Positions 36,358 to 45,821 of a DNA stretch of 64,000 bases are shown in pieces. The DNA comes from an uncultured Planctomycetota bacterium (lineage in GTDB: Bacteria > Planctomycetota > PLA2 > JAEUHO01): NCBI GenBank assembly GCA_963752285.1, contig CAVVXN010000004.1:96001-160000 (forward strand). The letters are read 5' to 3'. Both the position numbers and the translations under genes were made by a program. The notes under the pieces are model-generated. The model did no database searches and was not told where the DNA came from. It was given only the letters and a program-made list of their open reading frames with translations. Position 1 is the stretch's first letter, and each line of letters begins with the position of its first letter.

Positions 36358-37359
36358 GTGTCTCCGACCTTCGATCAAGCGATCCGCGAGGTGCGGCAGG
36401 AGATCCGCGAGGCGATCCCCGCGAACGAGCTCCGCCGGCTCCACGGCCGCTCCGGGTTCCGGCACGCGCTCGTCTCCGGCGCCACCTTCGCGGCGCTCCT
36501 CGGCTCGGCCGCCCTCGCCTGGCGGTACGGCGACCGACCGGTCGTGTGGGTACCCGCGAGCGTGGTCCTCGGCTTCGCGGTCTTCGGGATGACCACGCTC
36601 CTGCACGAGGTCGTGCACGGGCTCGTGACCGACCGGCGGCGCCCGCGACTCGACGCCCTGCTCGCCTGGCTCTACGCCGTGCCGAGCGGTCTCGCGCCGA
36701 CGCAGTTCCGGCACTGGCACCTCGACCACCACCACTGGCTCGGTACGTCCGACCTCGACCCGAAGCGGGCGTGGCTCAGCCCGAAGAAGAACCGTCGCTG
36801 GCTGAAGCTCCTCTACGTGACCCCCGCCCTCTTCCCGATCTACTTCCGGGCGGCGGCGCGCGCCGCGGAGGGCTACGCCGACGACGTGCGCCGCCGGATC
36901 CGCCGCGAGCGTCGCGTCACGGTGGGGTTCCACCTCGCCGTGCTCCTCTCGATCGCGCTCGTCGGCGGCCTCGGCGTGGCGTTCCGCGTCTACGTACTCC
37001 CGGTCTTCGTCGTGTTCCCCGTCGCGTTCACCGTGAACCGCCTCGGACAGCACTACGACGTGGACGCGCGTGACCCCGCGCGCTGGGGGACGCTCCTTCG
37101 ACCGAGCCCGTTCTTCTGGGACGTCGTCTACCTCTGGTCGGGCTACCACCTCGAGCACCACTACTTCCCGGGCGTCCCCTGCTACCGCCTGCCCGCGCTC
37201 CGACGCGCGCTCCGCCCGTTCCTCGAGGCCCGCCACGTCCCGGCGCGGTCCTACGCGGGTCTCCTCTTCGACTGGTTCGTCCGGAACCGACCGCCGCACG
37301 CCGACTGGCGCCCCGTGGACCGGGGGACGGGCCCCGCCACGGAAGGCGCGCGCGCCTAG
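36358..37359 (+). CDS. Membrane fatty acid desaturase family protein
   Basis: His boxes HEVVH, HLDHH, HLEHH; TM helices. Confidence 0.9.
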   Translation: MSPTFDQAIREVRQEIREAIPANELRRLHGRSGFRHALVSGATFAALLGSAALAWRYGDRPVVWVPASVVLGFAVFGMTTLLHEVVHGLVTDRRRPRLDALLAWLYAVPSGLAPTQFRHWHLDHHHWLGTSDLDPKRAWLSPKKNRRWLKLLYVTPALFPIYFRAAARAAEGYADDVRRRIRRERRVTVGFHLAVLLSIALVGGLGVAFRVYVLPVFVVFPVAFTVNRLGQHYDVDARDPARWGTLLRPSPFFWDVVYLWSGYHLEHHYFPGVPCYRLPALRRALRPFLEARHVPARSYAGLLFDWFVRNRPPHADWRPVDRGTGPATEGARA

Positions 37360-37403
37360 CCCGGGGGCCGGTGCGGCCCGCGGCGGGCCGCACGCCGGTA
37401 CCG

Positions 37404-39050
37404 CTAGGGGGCGGTCTCGGGCTCGGACTTGGGGGGCGGCGTCTTGCGCGTCCGCGCGCTCCCTCCGGTCGGGGTCGTGCTGGGCGCCCCGTCGCGGGGT
37501 GGCGCGCCGGCGCCGTCCAGCGTGCCGAGGTAGCCGGGCAGCTCGATCCCAGCCTGGCGGGCGAGCTCGTGCATCGCCGGGAGCGACGCGATGAGGCTCC
37601 TCAGGAAGCCGGCCGTGGAGCCGGTACCGTCGGCGCCGCCCTGCCCCGGGTCCCACACCGTGATCTTGTCGATCTTGAGGTTCTGGATCGCCTTCACCTG
37701 CTCGCGCACGAGGTCGGGCAGCTTCTCGACGACCAGGAGCGTGGGGGCGAGGCGTGCGTCGGCGCCGCACGACCGGATCAGCTCGGCGTAGCCGCGCGCC
37801 TTCGCCTCGAGGATCGCCTGCTGGCCCTCGGCCTCCGCGCGGTACCGGGCGAGGATCGCGTCCGCGTCGCCCCTCGCGATGCGCCGGCGCTTCTCGGCCT
37901 CCGCCTCCGCGTCGATCTCGACCTTCTTCCGCTCGATCACCTGCTGGACGACCTGTTCCTTCTCGAGCCGCGCCTGCTCGCGCTCCTGCTCGGCGATCAA
38001 GACGTCGCGGTCGGCCTGCGCGAGGGCCACCTCGCCGCGCCGCTTCGCCTCGGCGCGCCGCTCGGTCAGCGTGGCCTCGTAGTCGGCGATCTGCGCCTTC
38101 GCCGTGTTCTCGCCCTGGACCGCGGTCGCCTCGTACTCGGCCACCTTCACGCGCTGGTCGCGCTCGGCCTGCTTCTGGCCCTCGACCTTGCGCGCGCTCT
38201 GCTCGGCGACGGAGATGGCCTGCTCGCTCTGCGCGGTCGCCTCGCCCTTCACGCCATCGGCCTCGAGCTTGGCGACGGCGACGCGCTGGTCGCGCTCCGC
38301 CTGCTTGCGGCCCGCGGTGGACGCGGCGGCCTGCTTGGCCACCTCGATCTCTCGGTCACGCTGGGCCGAGGCCTCGCCGATCGCGCCGTCCTTGTTGGCC
38401 AGGGCGACCTCGACCTTGGCCTGGTTCACGGCCTCCGAGGCCGCCTTCTTGCCGATCGCCTCGATGTAGCCGGACTCGTCCGTGATGTCCCGGATGTTGA
38501 CGTTGATGACCGAGAGGCCGATCTTGTTGAGCTCGTAGCCGACGTTCTTCGTGATCAGCTCGAGGAACTTCTCGCGGTCCTGGTTGATCTCCTCGATCGA
38601 GAGGGTCGCGATCACGAGGCGCAGCTGCCCGAGGATGATGTCGCTCGCCGTGCCCGAGATGTCGCGGTCGGCCAGCCCCAGCAGGCGCTCGGCCGCGTTC
38701 TGCATGATGTCGGGCTGCGTCGAGATGCCGATCGTGAACGTCGAGGGCACGTTCACGCGGATGTTCTGGCGCGACAGCGCCTGCCGCAGGTCGATCTCGA
38801 TCGTCATGGGCTCGAGAGAGAGGAAGGCGTAGTCCTGGATGACGGGCCAGACCATCACGCCGCCGCCGTGCACGCACTTCGCGGTGCGCTCGTCGCCCAC
38901 CTTGCCGTACACGACGAGCACGCGGTTCGAGGGGCAGCGCTTGTAGCGCTTCACCAGGAACACCATCATCGAGAAGACGATGAGGACCGGCAGCCCGACG
39001 AAGATGAACGGCTGGTACGGCAGGTCCATCAGGAAGGGGGGAAAGGGCAC
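37404..39050 (-). CDS. Flotillin / SPFH domain protein
   Basis: TM helix, SPFH domain (GQLRLVIATLSIEEINQDREKF, VNIRDITD), long A/E-rich coiled coil. Confidence 0.92.
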   Translation of the reverse strand: MPFPPFLMDLPYQPFIFVGLPVLIVFSMMVFLVKRYKRCPSNRVLVVYGKVGDERTAKCVHGGGVMVWPVIQDYAFLSLEPMTIEIDLRQALSRQNIRVNVPSTFTIGISTQPDIMQNAAERLLGLADRDISGTASDIILGQLRLVIATLSIEEINQDREKFLELITKNVGYELNKIGLSVINVNIRDITDESGYIEAIGKKAASEAVNQAKVEVALANKDGAIGEASAQRDREIEVAKQAAASTAGRKQAERDQRVAVAKLEADGVKGEATAQSEQAISVAEQSARKVEGQKQAERDQRVKVAEYEATAVQGENTAKAQIADYEATLTERRAEAKRRGEVALAQADRDVLIAEQEREQARLEKEQVVQQVIERKKVEIDAEAEAEKRRRIARGDADAILARYRAEAEGQQAILEAKARGYAELIRSCGADARLAPTLLVVEKLPDLVREQVKAIQNLKIDKITVWDPGQGGADGTGSTAGFLRSLIASLPAMHELARQAGIELPGYLGTLDGAGAPPRDGAPSTTPTGGSARTRKTPPPKSEPETAP

Positions 39051-39068
39051 GTGGCCTCCTTTTCTCCG

Positions 39069-39659
39069 TCAGGCGCGGTCCACCACGAGCGCGCCGTCGT
39101 CCTGCACCGAGAGGACCTTCACGGACACGAACGACTCGATCGGCTCCCCGGGCGTCACCGCCTCGATGACCCGGCGCGTGCCGTCCACGCTGATCTCGAC
39201 CTGTCCCCGTCCGTGGCCGTGCGCGGGGATCCGCATGTAGACGGTCCCGATGTGCCCCACGGCGTGCTGCACGTCCCACCGGCCCGGCTTGCTCAGCTTG
39301 CGCATCTGCCAGAGGCAGAACGACGAGAGCGACATCAGGCCGAAGCCGAAGATCGAGGCGTAGATGGCCGTGAGGAGCGCGCCGAGGTGCCAGTCGAGCC
39401 GGGCGGCGAGGCCGAGCCAACCCGTGCCCATCATGAACGAGAGCACCGAGATCATGCTGAACAGCGAGAAGTCCCCGCCGTGGCCCTCGAGCCCCGCGTC
39501 GGCGTGGAGGTCGTGGTCGCTGATCCCGTCCGCGCCGCCGAAGAGCATCAGCCCGAGGCGGACCGAGAAGAGCAGCGAGCCGACCGCGGCCATCATGAAG
39601 TAGAAGGTCGCGTCGGAGAAGGTGGAGAAGAGGTCCTCGATCCACCCGGCGAGGTACAT
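39069..39659 (-). CDS. NfeD-like membrane partner of flotillin
   Basis: TM helices plus C-terminal OB-fold (VGHIGTVYMRIP..GRGQVEI); directly upstream of the flotillin gene. Confidence 0.8.
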   Translation of the reverse strand: MYLAGWIEDLFSTFSDATFYFMMAAVGSLLFSVRLGLMLFGGADGISDHDLHADAGLEGHGGDFSLFSMISVLSFMMGTGWLGLAARLDWHLGALLTAIYASIFGFGLMSLSSFCLWQMRKLSKPGRWDVQHAVGHIGTVYMRIPAHGHGRGQVEISVDGTRRVIEAVTPGEPIESFVSVKVLSVQDDGALVVDRA

Positions 39660-39874
39660 CCGACGGTCCCACCCACGCGCCGCCCGTCGGCGCGGGGGGT
39701 AACGTACGCGCCGGTCGGCGTCGTGGGTAGGGCATTCTGCCCCGCCCGGAACCTCGGCGCCGCTCGGGAGGACGGCCGCCGCCGCGGCGGAGGGGCCCGA
39801 CTCTCGCGCGCAGGGTTCCGACGCGCGCCGCGCGCGGCACAATCCGACGCCGAGGACGCTCTCGGAGGACGCTC

Positions 39875-41401
39875 ATGTCGACGCGACCCGTGCTGGAGGC
39901 GCTGGGCATCGAACCCGTGAACCCCGGCGCCTGCTGGGGACCCGACGGCTGGATCCGGTCCGAGGGCGTCGCCCCGGTGCCGTCCATCGACCCCGCGAGC
40001 GGGGAGGTCCTCGCGAAGGTCGTCCCCGCCACCCCGGCCGCGTACGAGACCGTCGCCGCGCGCGCCCACGAGGCCTTCTCGACCTGGCGCCTGGTCCCCG
40101 CGCCGAAGCGAGGACAGGTGGTGCGCGACCTCGGGCAGGCGCTCCGCGAGAAGAAGGAGCCGCTCGGGGACCTCGTGACCCTCGAGATGGGCAAGATCCG
40201 GGTCGAGGGCCACGGCGAGGTCCAGGAGATGATCGACGTCTGCGACTTCGCGGTCGGTCTGTCGCGTCAGCTCTACGGCCTCGCGATGCACTCGGAGCGT
40301 CCCGGCCACCGCATGGCCGAGCAGTGGCACCCGCTCGGCGCGATCGGCGTGATCTCGGCCTTCAACTTCCCGGTGGCCGTGTGGTCGTGGAACGCGGCGA
40401 TCGCCGCCGTCTGCGGCGACCCGGTGGTGTGGAAACCCGCCTCTCCGGTGTTCCTCTCCGCGATCGCCGTGCAGCGGATCTGCAACGAGGTGATGGCCGA
40501 CCACCACCTGGCCGGGCTCTTCACGCTCGTCGCGGGTCCCGGCGGATCCGTCGGCTCGAAGATCCTCTCGGACCGCCGGCTCCCGCTCGTGTCGTTCACC
40601 GGGTCCACGTCGATGGGCAAGCGCGTCGCCGCCGACGTGACCGCGCGCTTCGGGCGGACGATCCTCGAGCTCGGAGGCAACAACGCCGTCGTCGTGACGG
40701 CGCACGCCGACCTCGCCCTCGCCATCCCGGCCGTCGTGTTCGGCGCGGTCGGGACGGCCGGCCAGCGCTGCACGAGCACGCGCCGGCTGATCGTCCACCA
40801 AAGCGTCGCGGACCGCACGGTGGACGCCCTCGTGAAGGCGTACGCCCAGGTGCGCATCGGCGCCCCGATCGAGCCGGGGACGCTGATGGGCCCCCTCGTC
40901 GAGGACGCGGCCGTGAAGGACATGATGGCCGCGCTCGCGCGCGCCCAGGCCGACGGCGGGACCATCGTCGCGGGCGGGAAGGCGCTCCCCGAGAAGGGCC
41001 CGCGCTTCGTCGAGCCGACGATCGTGCGCATGCCCGCGCAGACCGAGGTCGTGAAGGAGGAGACCTTCGCGCCGATCCTCTACGTGCTCGAGTACGACGA
41101 CTTGGAAGACGCCATCCGCCTCCACAACGACGTGCCGCAGGGGCTCTCGAGCTCGATCTTCACGCGGGACCTCCGGGAGGCCGAGATGTTCGTCTCGGCC
41201 GCCGGGAGCGACTGCGGCATCGCGAACGTGAACGTGGGGACGTCCGGCGCCGAGATCGGCGGCGCGTTCGGTGGCGAGAAGGAGACGGGCGGCGGGCGCG
41301 AGTCCGGCTCGGACTCCTGGAAGGCGTACATGCGCCGCCAGACGAACACGGTCAACGGGTCGGACGAGCTCCCGCTCGCGCAGGGGATCCGCTTCGCGTG
41401 A
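39875..41401 (+). CDS. Aldehyde dehydrogenase family 7 (piperideine-6-carboxylate dehydrogenase-like)
   Basis: ISAFNFPVAVWSWN, FTGST, LELGGNNA, GTAGQRCT, EETFAP, GAEIGGAFGGEKETGGGRESGSDSWK. Confidence 0.92.
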   Translation: MSTRPVLEALGIEPVNPGACWGPDGWIRSEGVAPVPSIDPASGEVLAKVVPATPAAYETVAARAHEAFSTWRLVPAPKRGQVVRDLGQALREKKEPLGDLVTLEMGKIRVEGHGEVQEMIDVCDFAVGLSRQLYGLAMHSERPGHRMAEQWHPLGAIGVISAFNFPVAVWSWNAAIAAVCGDPVVWKPASPVFLSAIAVQRICNEVMADHHLAGLFTLVAGPGGSVGSKILSDRRLPLVSFTGSTSMGKRVAADVTARFGRTILELGGNNAVVVTAHADLALAIPAVVFGAVGTAGQRCTSTRRLIVHQSVADRTVDALVKAYAQVRIGAPIEPGTLMGPLVEDAAVKDMMAALARAQADGGTIVAGGKALPEKGPRFVEPTIVRMPAQTEVVKEETFAPILYVLEYDDLEDAIRLHNDVPQGLSSSIFTRDLREAEMFVSAAGSDCGIANVNVGTSGAEIGGAFGGEKETGGGRESGSDSWKAYMRRQTNTVNGSDELPLAQGIRFA

Positions 41402-41713
41402 CGCCCGCGCCCGACGGGACCGGTCCTCGGAGGAGCGAGGTCGGCCCGGGGTCCCGGACGGGGGCGGCGCACGCGGACGAGCCGGGCCGCGGGGGCCGTC
41501 CCTGCGCCGGGACCCGCCGCCGTGGCGCGCAGGATTCCCGAGCCCTTGCCGATCGAGTCGAACGCGCGGTCCCGCTCCCTCTCGTTGGCCCAAGCGCCGG
41601 CGACGTCCTCGGCGGCGTCGCGCACGAGGCTCCAGCACGTTGGGGGGCGGGTTCGCCCGGAGGAGGATCGACGCGAGCCAGGCGAGACGCCGGAGAGTAC
41701 GCGGCCGGCTCGA

Positions 41714-42325
41714 TCAGTCGGTGTGGCCCCCGATCCGCGCGCCCGCGGCGCCGGCGGCGGGGGCGCCGGGGCGCTCCGAGCGCGGGACGTAGGACCGAAG
41801 GTAGTCCGACTTGTCCTGGCCCTCGTAGAACGACCCGCCCACCGCGTAGTCCTGCGCCTCCTGGATCGCGCGCTCGGCGTCCCAGCCGTCGTACTCCATC
41901 CGGAAGAGCGCGCAGAGCAGCCCCGTCCGGCCCACGCCGTGCATGCAGTGCACGAGGACGGGGCGGTTCGCCGGGTCGTCCATGATCGCGAGGAAGCGGC
42001 CGATCGTCTCGTCGTCGGGCACCTGGCCCGACGGGAGCTCCACGTAGCGCGCGCCGTGACGTTCGGCGACCGCGCGGTCCGCCGGCACGTCCGTGTGCCG
42101 CATGTTCACGACGGTCTTGATGCCCTTCTCCGTCACCAGCTGATCGAGGCGGTCCTCCGGCAGGGTCGCCGACCGGTAGAGCACGCCCTCGCGTACGGTG
42201 CCGATGCGCCAGAGCACGCGGTCGCGCGCGACGAACGCCACGGTGCCGAGCACGAGGAGGGGAAGGGCGACGGCGACGACGAGACGCAGGGGGGGGCGCC
42301 TCGCGCTGGGGGGCGGCGTGGACAT
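41714..42325 (-). CDS. Membrane-anchored dual-specificity/tyrosine phosphatase family protein
   Basis: N-terminal TM helix; LYRS, GIKTVVN, HCMHGVGRTG (CX5R). Confidence 0.88.
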   Translation of the reverse strand: MSTPPPSARRPPLRLVVAVALPLLVLGTVAFVARDRVLWRIGTVREGVLYRSATLPEDRLDQLVTEKGIKTVVNMRHTDVPADRAVAERHGARYVELPSGQVPDDETIGRFLAIMDDPANRPVLVHCMHGVGRTGLLCALFRMEYDGWDAERAIQEAQDYAVGGSFYEGQDKSDYLRSYVPRSERPGAPAAGAAGARIGGHTD

Positions 42326-42405
42326 GGCCCGAGCATAGCGCCCGGCGGGCGGCGGGGGCGCGGATCCCGCCGGCGCCGTGGCCCCGGCGGGTCCCGCCGG
42401 CCTCG

Positions 42406-45105
42406 TCAGCGTGCCGCCACCCCGGCGGTCGCGGGCGCGACCGGCTCGAATCGTCCCTGGAAGAACCGGAGCTTCTTCGGCTCGTACGTGAACCGGAGTC
42501 CCCGGATCTCGGCGCGGCGCTCGTACACGCGGATGATGCCCTCGGCGACCGCGCGCATGTGGTCGTTCGTGTAGACGCGACGCGGGATGGTCAGGCGCAC
42601 GAGCTCGAGCTGCGGTCGGTAGTTCTCGCCCGTCGAGGGATCGCGGCCCTTCGACACGTTGCCCCGCTCCATCGCGCGCACGCCCGTCTCGACGTAGATC
42701 TCCGCCGCCAGCCGCTGCGCCGGGTACTCGTCCTGGTCCACGTGCGGCAGGAACCGGCGCGCGTCGAGGAAGATCGCGTGCGAGCCCGAGGGCCTGACGA
42801 TCGGCACGCCGGCCTCCTCGAGGAGCTGGCCGAGGAACGCCGTCTGGCGGATCCGCGCGCGGATGTAGCGGTCGTCGAGCATCTCCCGCACGCCCTGGGC
42901 GATCGCCGCGAGGTCGGCCGCGGGCAGCCCGCCGTCGGTGACGTTTCCCTCGTACACGCGGAGCATCTCCTCGGCCTTCGCGGCGAGGGCCGCGTCGTCG
43001 CGGAAGGCGAGGATCCCGCCCATGTTGATGAGGAAGTCCTTCTTGCCCGAGACCGTGCATCCGTCGCCGTAGAGCATCATCTCGCCGAGGATGTCCTTCA
43101 CCGGAACGTTCGCGTACCGCGGGTCGTGGAGCTGGATCATGCACGCGTTCTCGGCGACGCGGGTCGAGTCGAAGTAGACCCGGATCCCGTGGCGCTGACA
43201 GAGCGCGTGGACCTCGCGCATGTTGTCCATGCTGACCGGCTGGCCGCCGGCCATGTTCACGGAGTGCTCGAAGGAGACGTACGCGACGTCGTCCGCGCCG
43301 TGTTCCGCGATCACCCTCTCGAGCTTCTCGAGGTCGATGTCGCCCTTCCACCGGTACGAGCTCTCCGGGTCGTGCGCCTGATCCACGATCACGTCGGCGA
43401 ACACGCCGCCGGCGAGCTCCTGGTGGAGCTTCGTCGTCGTGAAGTACATGTTGCCGGGGACCACCTGGCCCGGCCGGATCGCGATCTGGCTCAGGATGTG
43501 CTCGGCCGCGCGCCCCTGGTGGGTGGGGAGGATGTGCTGGTAGCCGAACACGTCGCGGAGGACCTCGACCAGGTTCCAGTACTCCTCGGTGGCGGAGGAG
43601 GCCGGGCGCGCGCGTTCGTAGGCGGCCCACTGCTCGGTGCTCATCGCCGCGGTGCCCGAGTCGGTCAGGAGGTCGATCGTCACGTCCGCGCTGCGCAGCA
43701 GGAACGTGTTGTAGCCGGCCTTCTCGATCGCGCGGCGCCGCTCGTCGCGCGTGAGGTGGCCGACGTACTCGATGGTGTGGATCAGGAACGGCGAGCAGTC
43801 GAACGTCCACGTGTCGAGGTTCGGGATGATCCACCGGTATCGCATCTGGTCGCGCCAGCGGCACTCGCCGCCGGGCTCGAGCGGGGGGATCCGGTCGCGC
43901 TGGCGGTACAGGTCGATGATCGCGTCGGCGACCTGGTCGAGCTGCGCGTTCGTCATCGCCAGTCGCGGGATCTGCACCGGGAGGATCGCGTCCCGGTCGA
44001 GCATGCCCTGCGCGACCGCGCGCACGCCCGACGTGAGGTAGAGCGCGCAGGAGATCGTGTCCTTCCGGTGCTTCTTCACGTGGGGGAGGAACTGGTCGGC
44101 GAGCAGGTACGCGCCGTCGCAGCCGCGGTCCAGGGGCACGCGGCCGGCGCGCAGGCGCTCCGTGAACCGCTCCGCCTGGTGCATGACCCAGTGCGCCTCG
44201 GCCTCGTTCGTCATCTCCCGGAGGCCGCGGGCGAGCACCTCCATGGTCCGGCCGGCCATCCCGCCGTACGTGTGCAGGCCCTCGTACACCACCACCTCGT
44301 TCATGAATCGCTCGAACGTCGCCTCGTCGTTCGTGGCCAGGAGCGCGCCGACGTTGCTCCGCGCGCACTGCGCGCCGTCTACCTGGAGGACGTCCGCGAG
44401 CGAGGCCATCTCCTTCACGATCTCGGCGACGGTCTGGCCCTGCTGGCCCGCCTCGTGACGTTGCACGTACCAGGCGTTCTCGACGATGCGCGAGCCGTCG
44501 AGGACGAGGGGGAGGCCGTAGCGCCGGGCGAGGGCGCGGGTGGCGCGCAGGTTCTCGATCGAGATCGGGTGGTGCGCATCCGCGAACGTCTCGACGTACA
44601 CGAGCGCGTCCTTGCCGTCCTGGACCTCGTCTTCGAGGCGTAGGAGGTCGATGTTGCCCGTGAACACGGGCTCCCTGCGGTCGCGGATGTCGGGGACGCT
44701 CAGGCCCCGGGGCGTCAAGACGTCCCGGATCACGAGGGCGTTGCTGGGGAACGAGCTCCCCTCGGGCACCATGGTGGCGACCACCAGCTTGATGCAGCCG
44801 AGGAGGTTGTGGGTCGGACAGACGTGCTGGTGGCCGAGCACGTCCGCGACCGCGCTCTCGAGCGCCTCGAAGTTGCGCGCGCCCGCGTACGCCTCGTCGC
44901 CGACGAGGAGCCCCGCGAGCTGCTCCTGGCTCACTGCGCTGCTGCCCCACGACACCATGTCGAAGGTCGTCTGGCGCGGCACCAGGTTCAGCACGTTGAA
45001 CCGGGCGGCGATCAGGTTCTTCTTGCGCTGCTCGACGGACGGGAAGTCCGTGCGGAGGACGGTCTTGATCTTGTGGGGCTCGTGGACCGGCTTCGTGGGG
45101 GCCAT
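42406..45105 (-). CDS. tpl: Tandem-duplicated tyrosine phenol-lyase (beta-eliminating lyase), 899 aa
   Basis: Two full lyase modules. C-half: IDLLTDSGT, HQGRAAE, MYFTTT, SGKKD, MERG, VRLTIPRRVYT, LRFF (TPL-type). N-half: GDEAYAG, YEGLHTYGG. Confidence 0.88.
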   Translation of the reverse strand: MAPTKPVHEPHKIKTVLRTDFPSVEQRKKNLIAARFNVLNLVPRQTTFDMVSWGSSAVSQEQLAGLLVGDEAYAGARNFEALESAVADVLGHQHVCPTHNLLGCIKLVVATMVPEGSSFPSNALVIRDVLTPRGLSVPDIRDRREPVFTGNIDLLRLEDEVQDGKDALVYVETFADAHHPISIENLRATRALARRYGLPLVLDGSRIVENAWYVQRHEAGQQGQTVAEIVKEMASLADVLQVDGAQCARSNVGALLATNDEATFERFMNEVVVYEGLHTYGGMAGRTMEVLARGLREMTNEAEAHWVMHQAERFTERLRAGRVPLDRGCDGAYLLADQFLPHVKKHRKDTISCALYLTSGVRAVAQGMLDRDAILPVQIPRLAMTNAQLDQVADAIIDLYRQRDRIPPLEPGGECRWRDQMRYRWIIPNLDTWTFDCSPFLIHTIEYVGHLTRDERRRAIEKAGYNTFLLRSADVTIDLLTDSGTAAMSTEQWAAYERARPASSATEEYWNLVEVLRDVFGYQHILPTHQGRAAEHILSQIAIRPGQVVPGNMYFTTTKLHQELAGGVFADVIVDQAHDPESSYRWKGDIDLEKLERVIAEHGADDVAYVSFEHSVNMAGGQPVSMDNMREVHALCQRHGIRVYFDSTRVAENACMIQLHDPRYANVPVKDILGEMMLYGDGCTVSGKKDFLINMGGILAFRDDAALAAKAEEMLRVYEGNVTDGGLPAADLAAIAQGVREMLDDRYIRARIRQTAFLGQLLEEAGVPIVRPSGSHAIFLDARRFLPHVDQDEYPAQRLAAEIYVETGVRAMERGNVSKGRDPSTGENYRPQLELVRLTIPRRVYTNDHMRAVAEGIIRVYERRAEIRGLRFTYEPKKLRFFQGRFEPVAPATAGVAAR

Positions 45106-45214
45106 CGTTCACCTCGGCGCGGGAGGAATCGCTACCGAGGCCGAGTGTACGGCTGGCGCGCCCGGCGTCTCCGCGGTGTCGGAGAGGGTCCGGCGCGCGC
45201 CTCCAAAGACGCGT

Positions 45215-45763
45215 CTACCGGTCCCCGCCCTCCTTCTGGAGCCGCTCGATCTGCTTCGCGAGGGCCGCGCCGTGGTGGATCACGTCCACCTGCTCGTCCA
45301 CGTAACGCACGACGCCGTCGGGGTCCACGACGAACGTCACGCGCTTCGCGTATCGGCCTCCGGGGGCCAGCACGCCGTACTTCGTCGCGACGCTCCCGTC
45401 GGCGTCCGAGAGCACGGGATACGCCAGGTGCTGCTCGTCGGCGAACTTCTTCTGGGCGGCGACGTCGTCGAGGCTCACGGCCAGGACCGTCGCGTCGAGC
45501 TTGGTGAGATCGTCCGCTGCGTCCCGCAGCGCGCAGACCTCGCGCGTTCACCCCGGTGTCGAGGCCTTCGGGAAGAACGCGACGATCGTCCACTTCCCGT
45601 GCCCCGCCTCGGAGCGGCGGACGGCGTGGCCCGACGGGTCGTTGAGACGGAAGTCCGGCGCCTGCTGACCCACCTCCGGACCGGTCGCGGCGTCGTCCCC
45701 CGACGCGAGCGCGACCCCCGCGGCGACGACGGCCGCGGCGATGCCCAGTGCCCATCCTCTCAT
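45215..45763 (-). CDS. bcp: Exported BCP/PrxQ-type peroxiredoxin with selenocysteine (in-frame TGA 45548-45550)
   Basis: Two ORFs join in frame across TGA to give FFPKASTPG-U-TREVC (canonical TPGCTxExC); VGQQAPDF, LSD.DG, KRVTFVVDPDG; signal peptide. Confidence 0.85.
45512..45538 (-). promoter_or_regulatory. Putative bacterial SECIS hairpin
   Basis: CGCTGCG-GGA-CGCAGCG stem-loop, loop about 24 nt downstream of the UGA, extended by GTC/GAC. Confidence 0.6.
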
Positions 45764-45821
45764 CGAGAACCCTCCTCGGAGTGGCGAACGGGCCGTATCG
45801 TAGCCGCCGCGGAGGGACCTC

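Noticed and set aside
41402..41713. ~310-bp gap with a possible gene fragment (…DAAEDVAGAWANERERDRAFDSIG…)
   Set aside because: No recognisable motif, and the frame runs antisense into the aldehyde dehydrogenase; cannot be supported
45548..45550. TGA as a nonsense mutation or genome-wide UGA recoding
   Set aside because: TGA terminates many other genes here; its position at the catalytic Cys plus the hairpin favours selenocysteine
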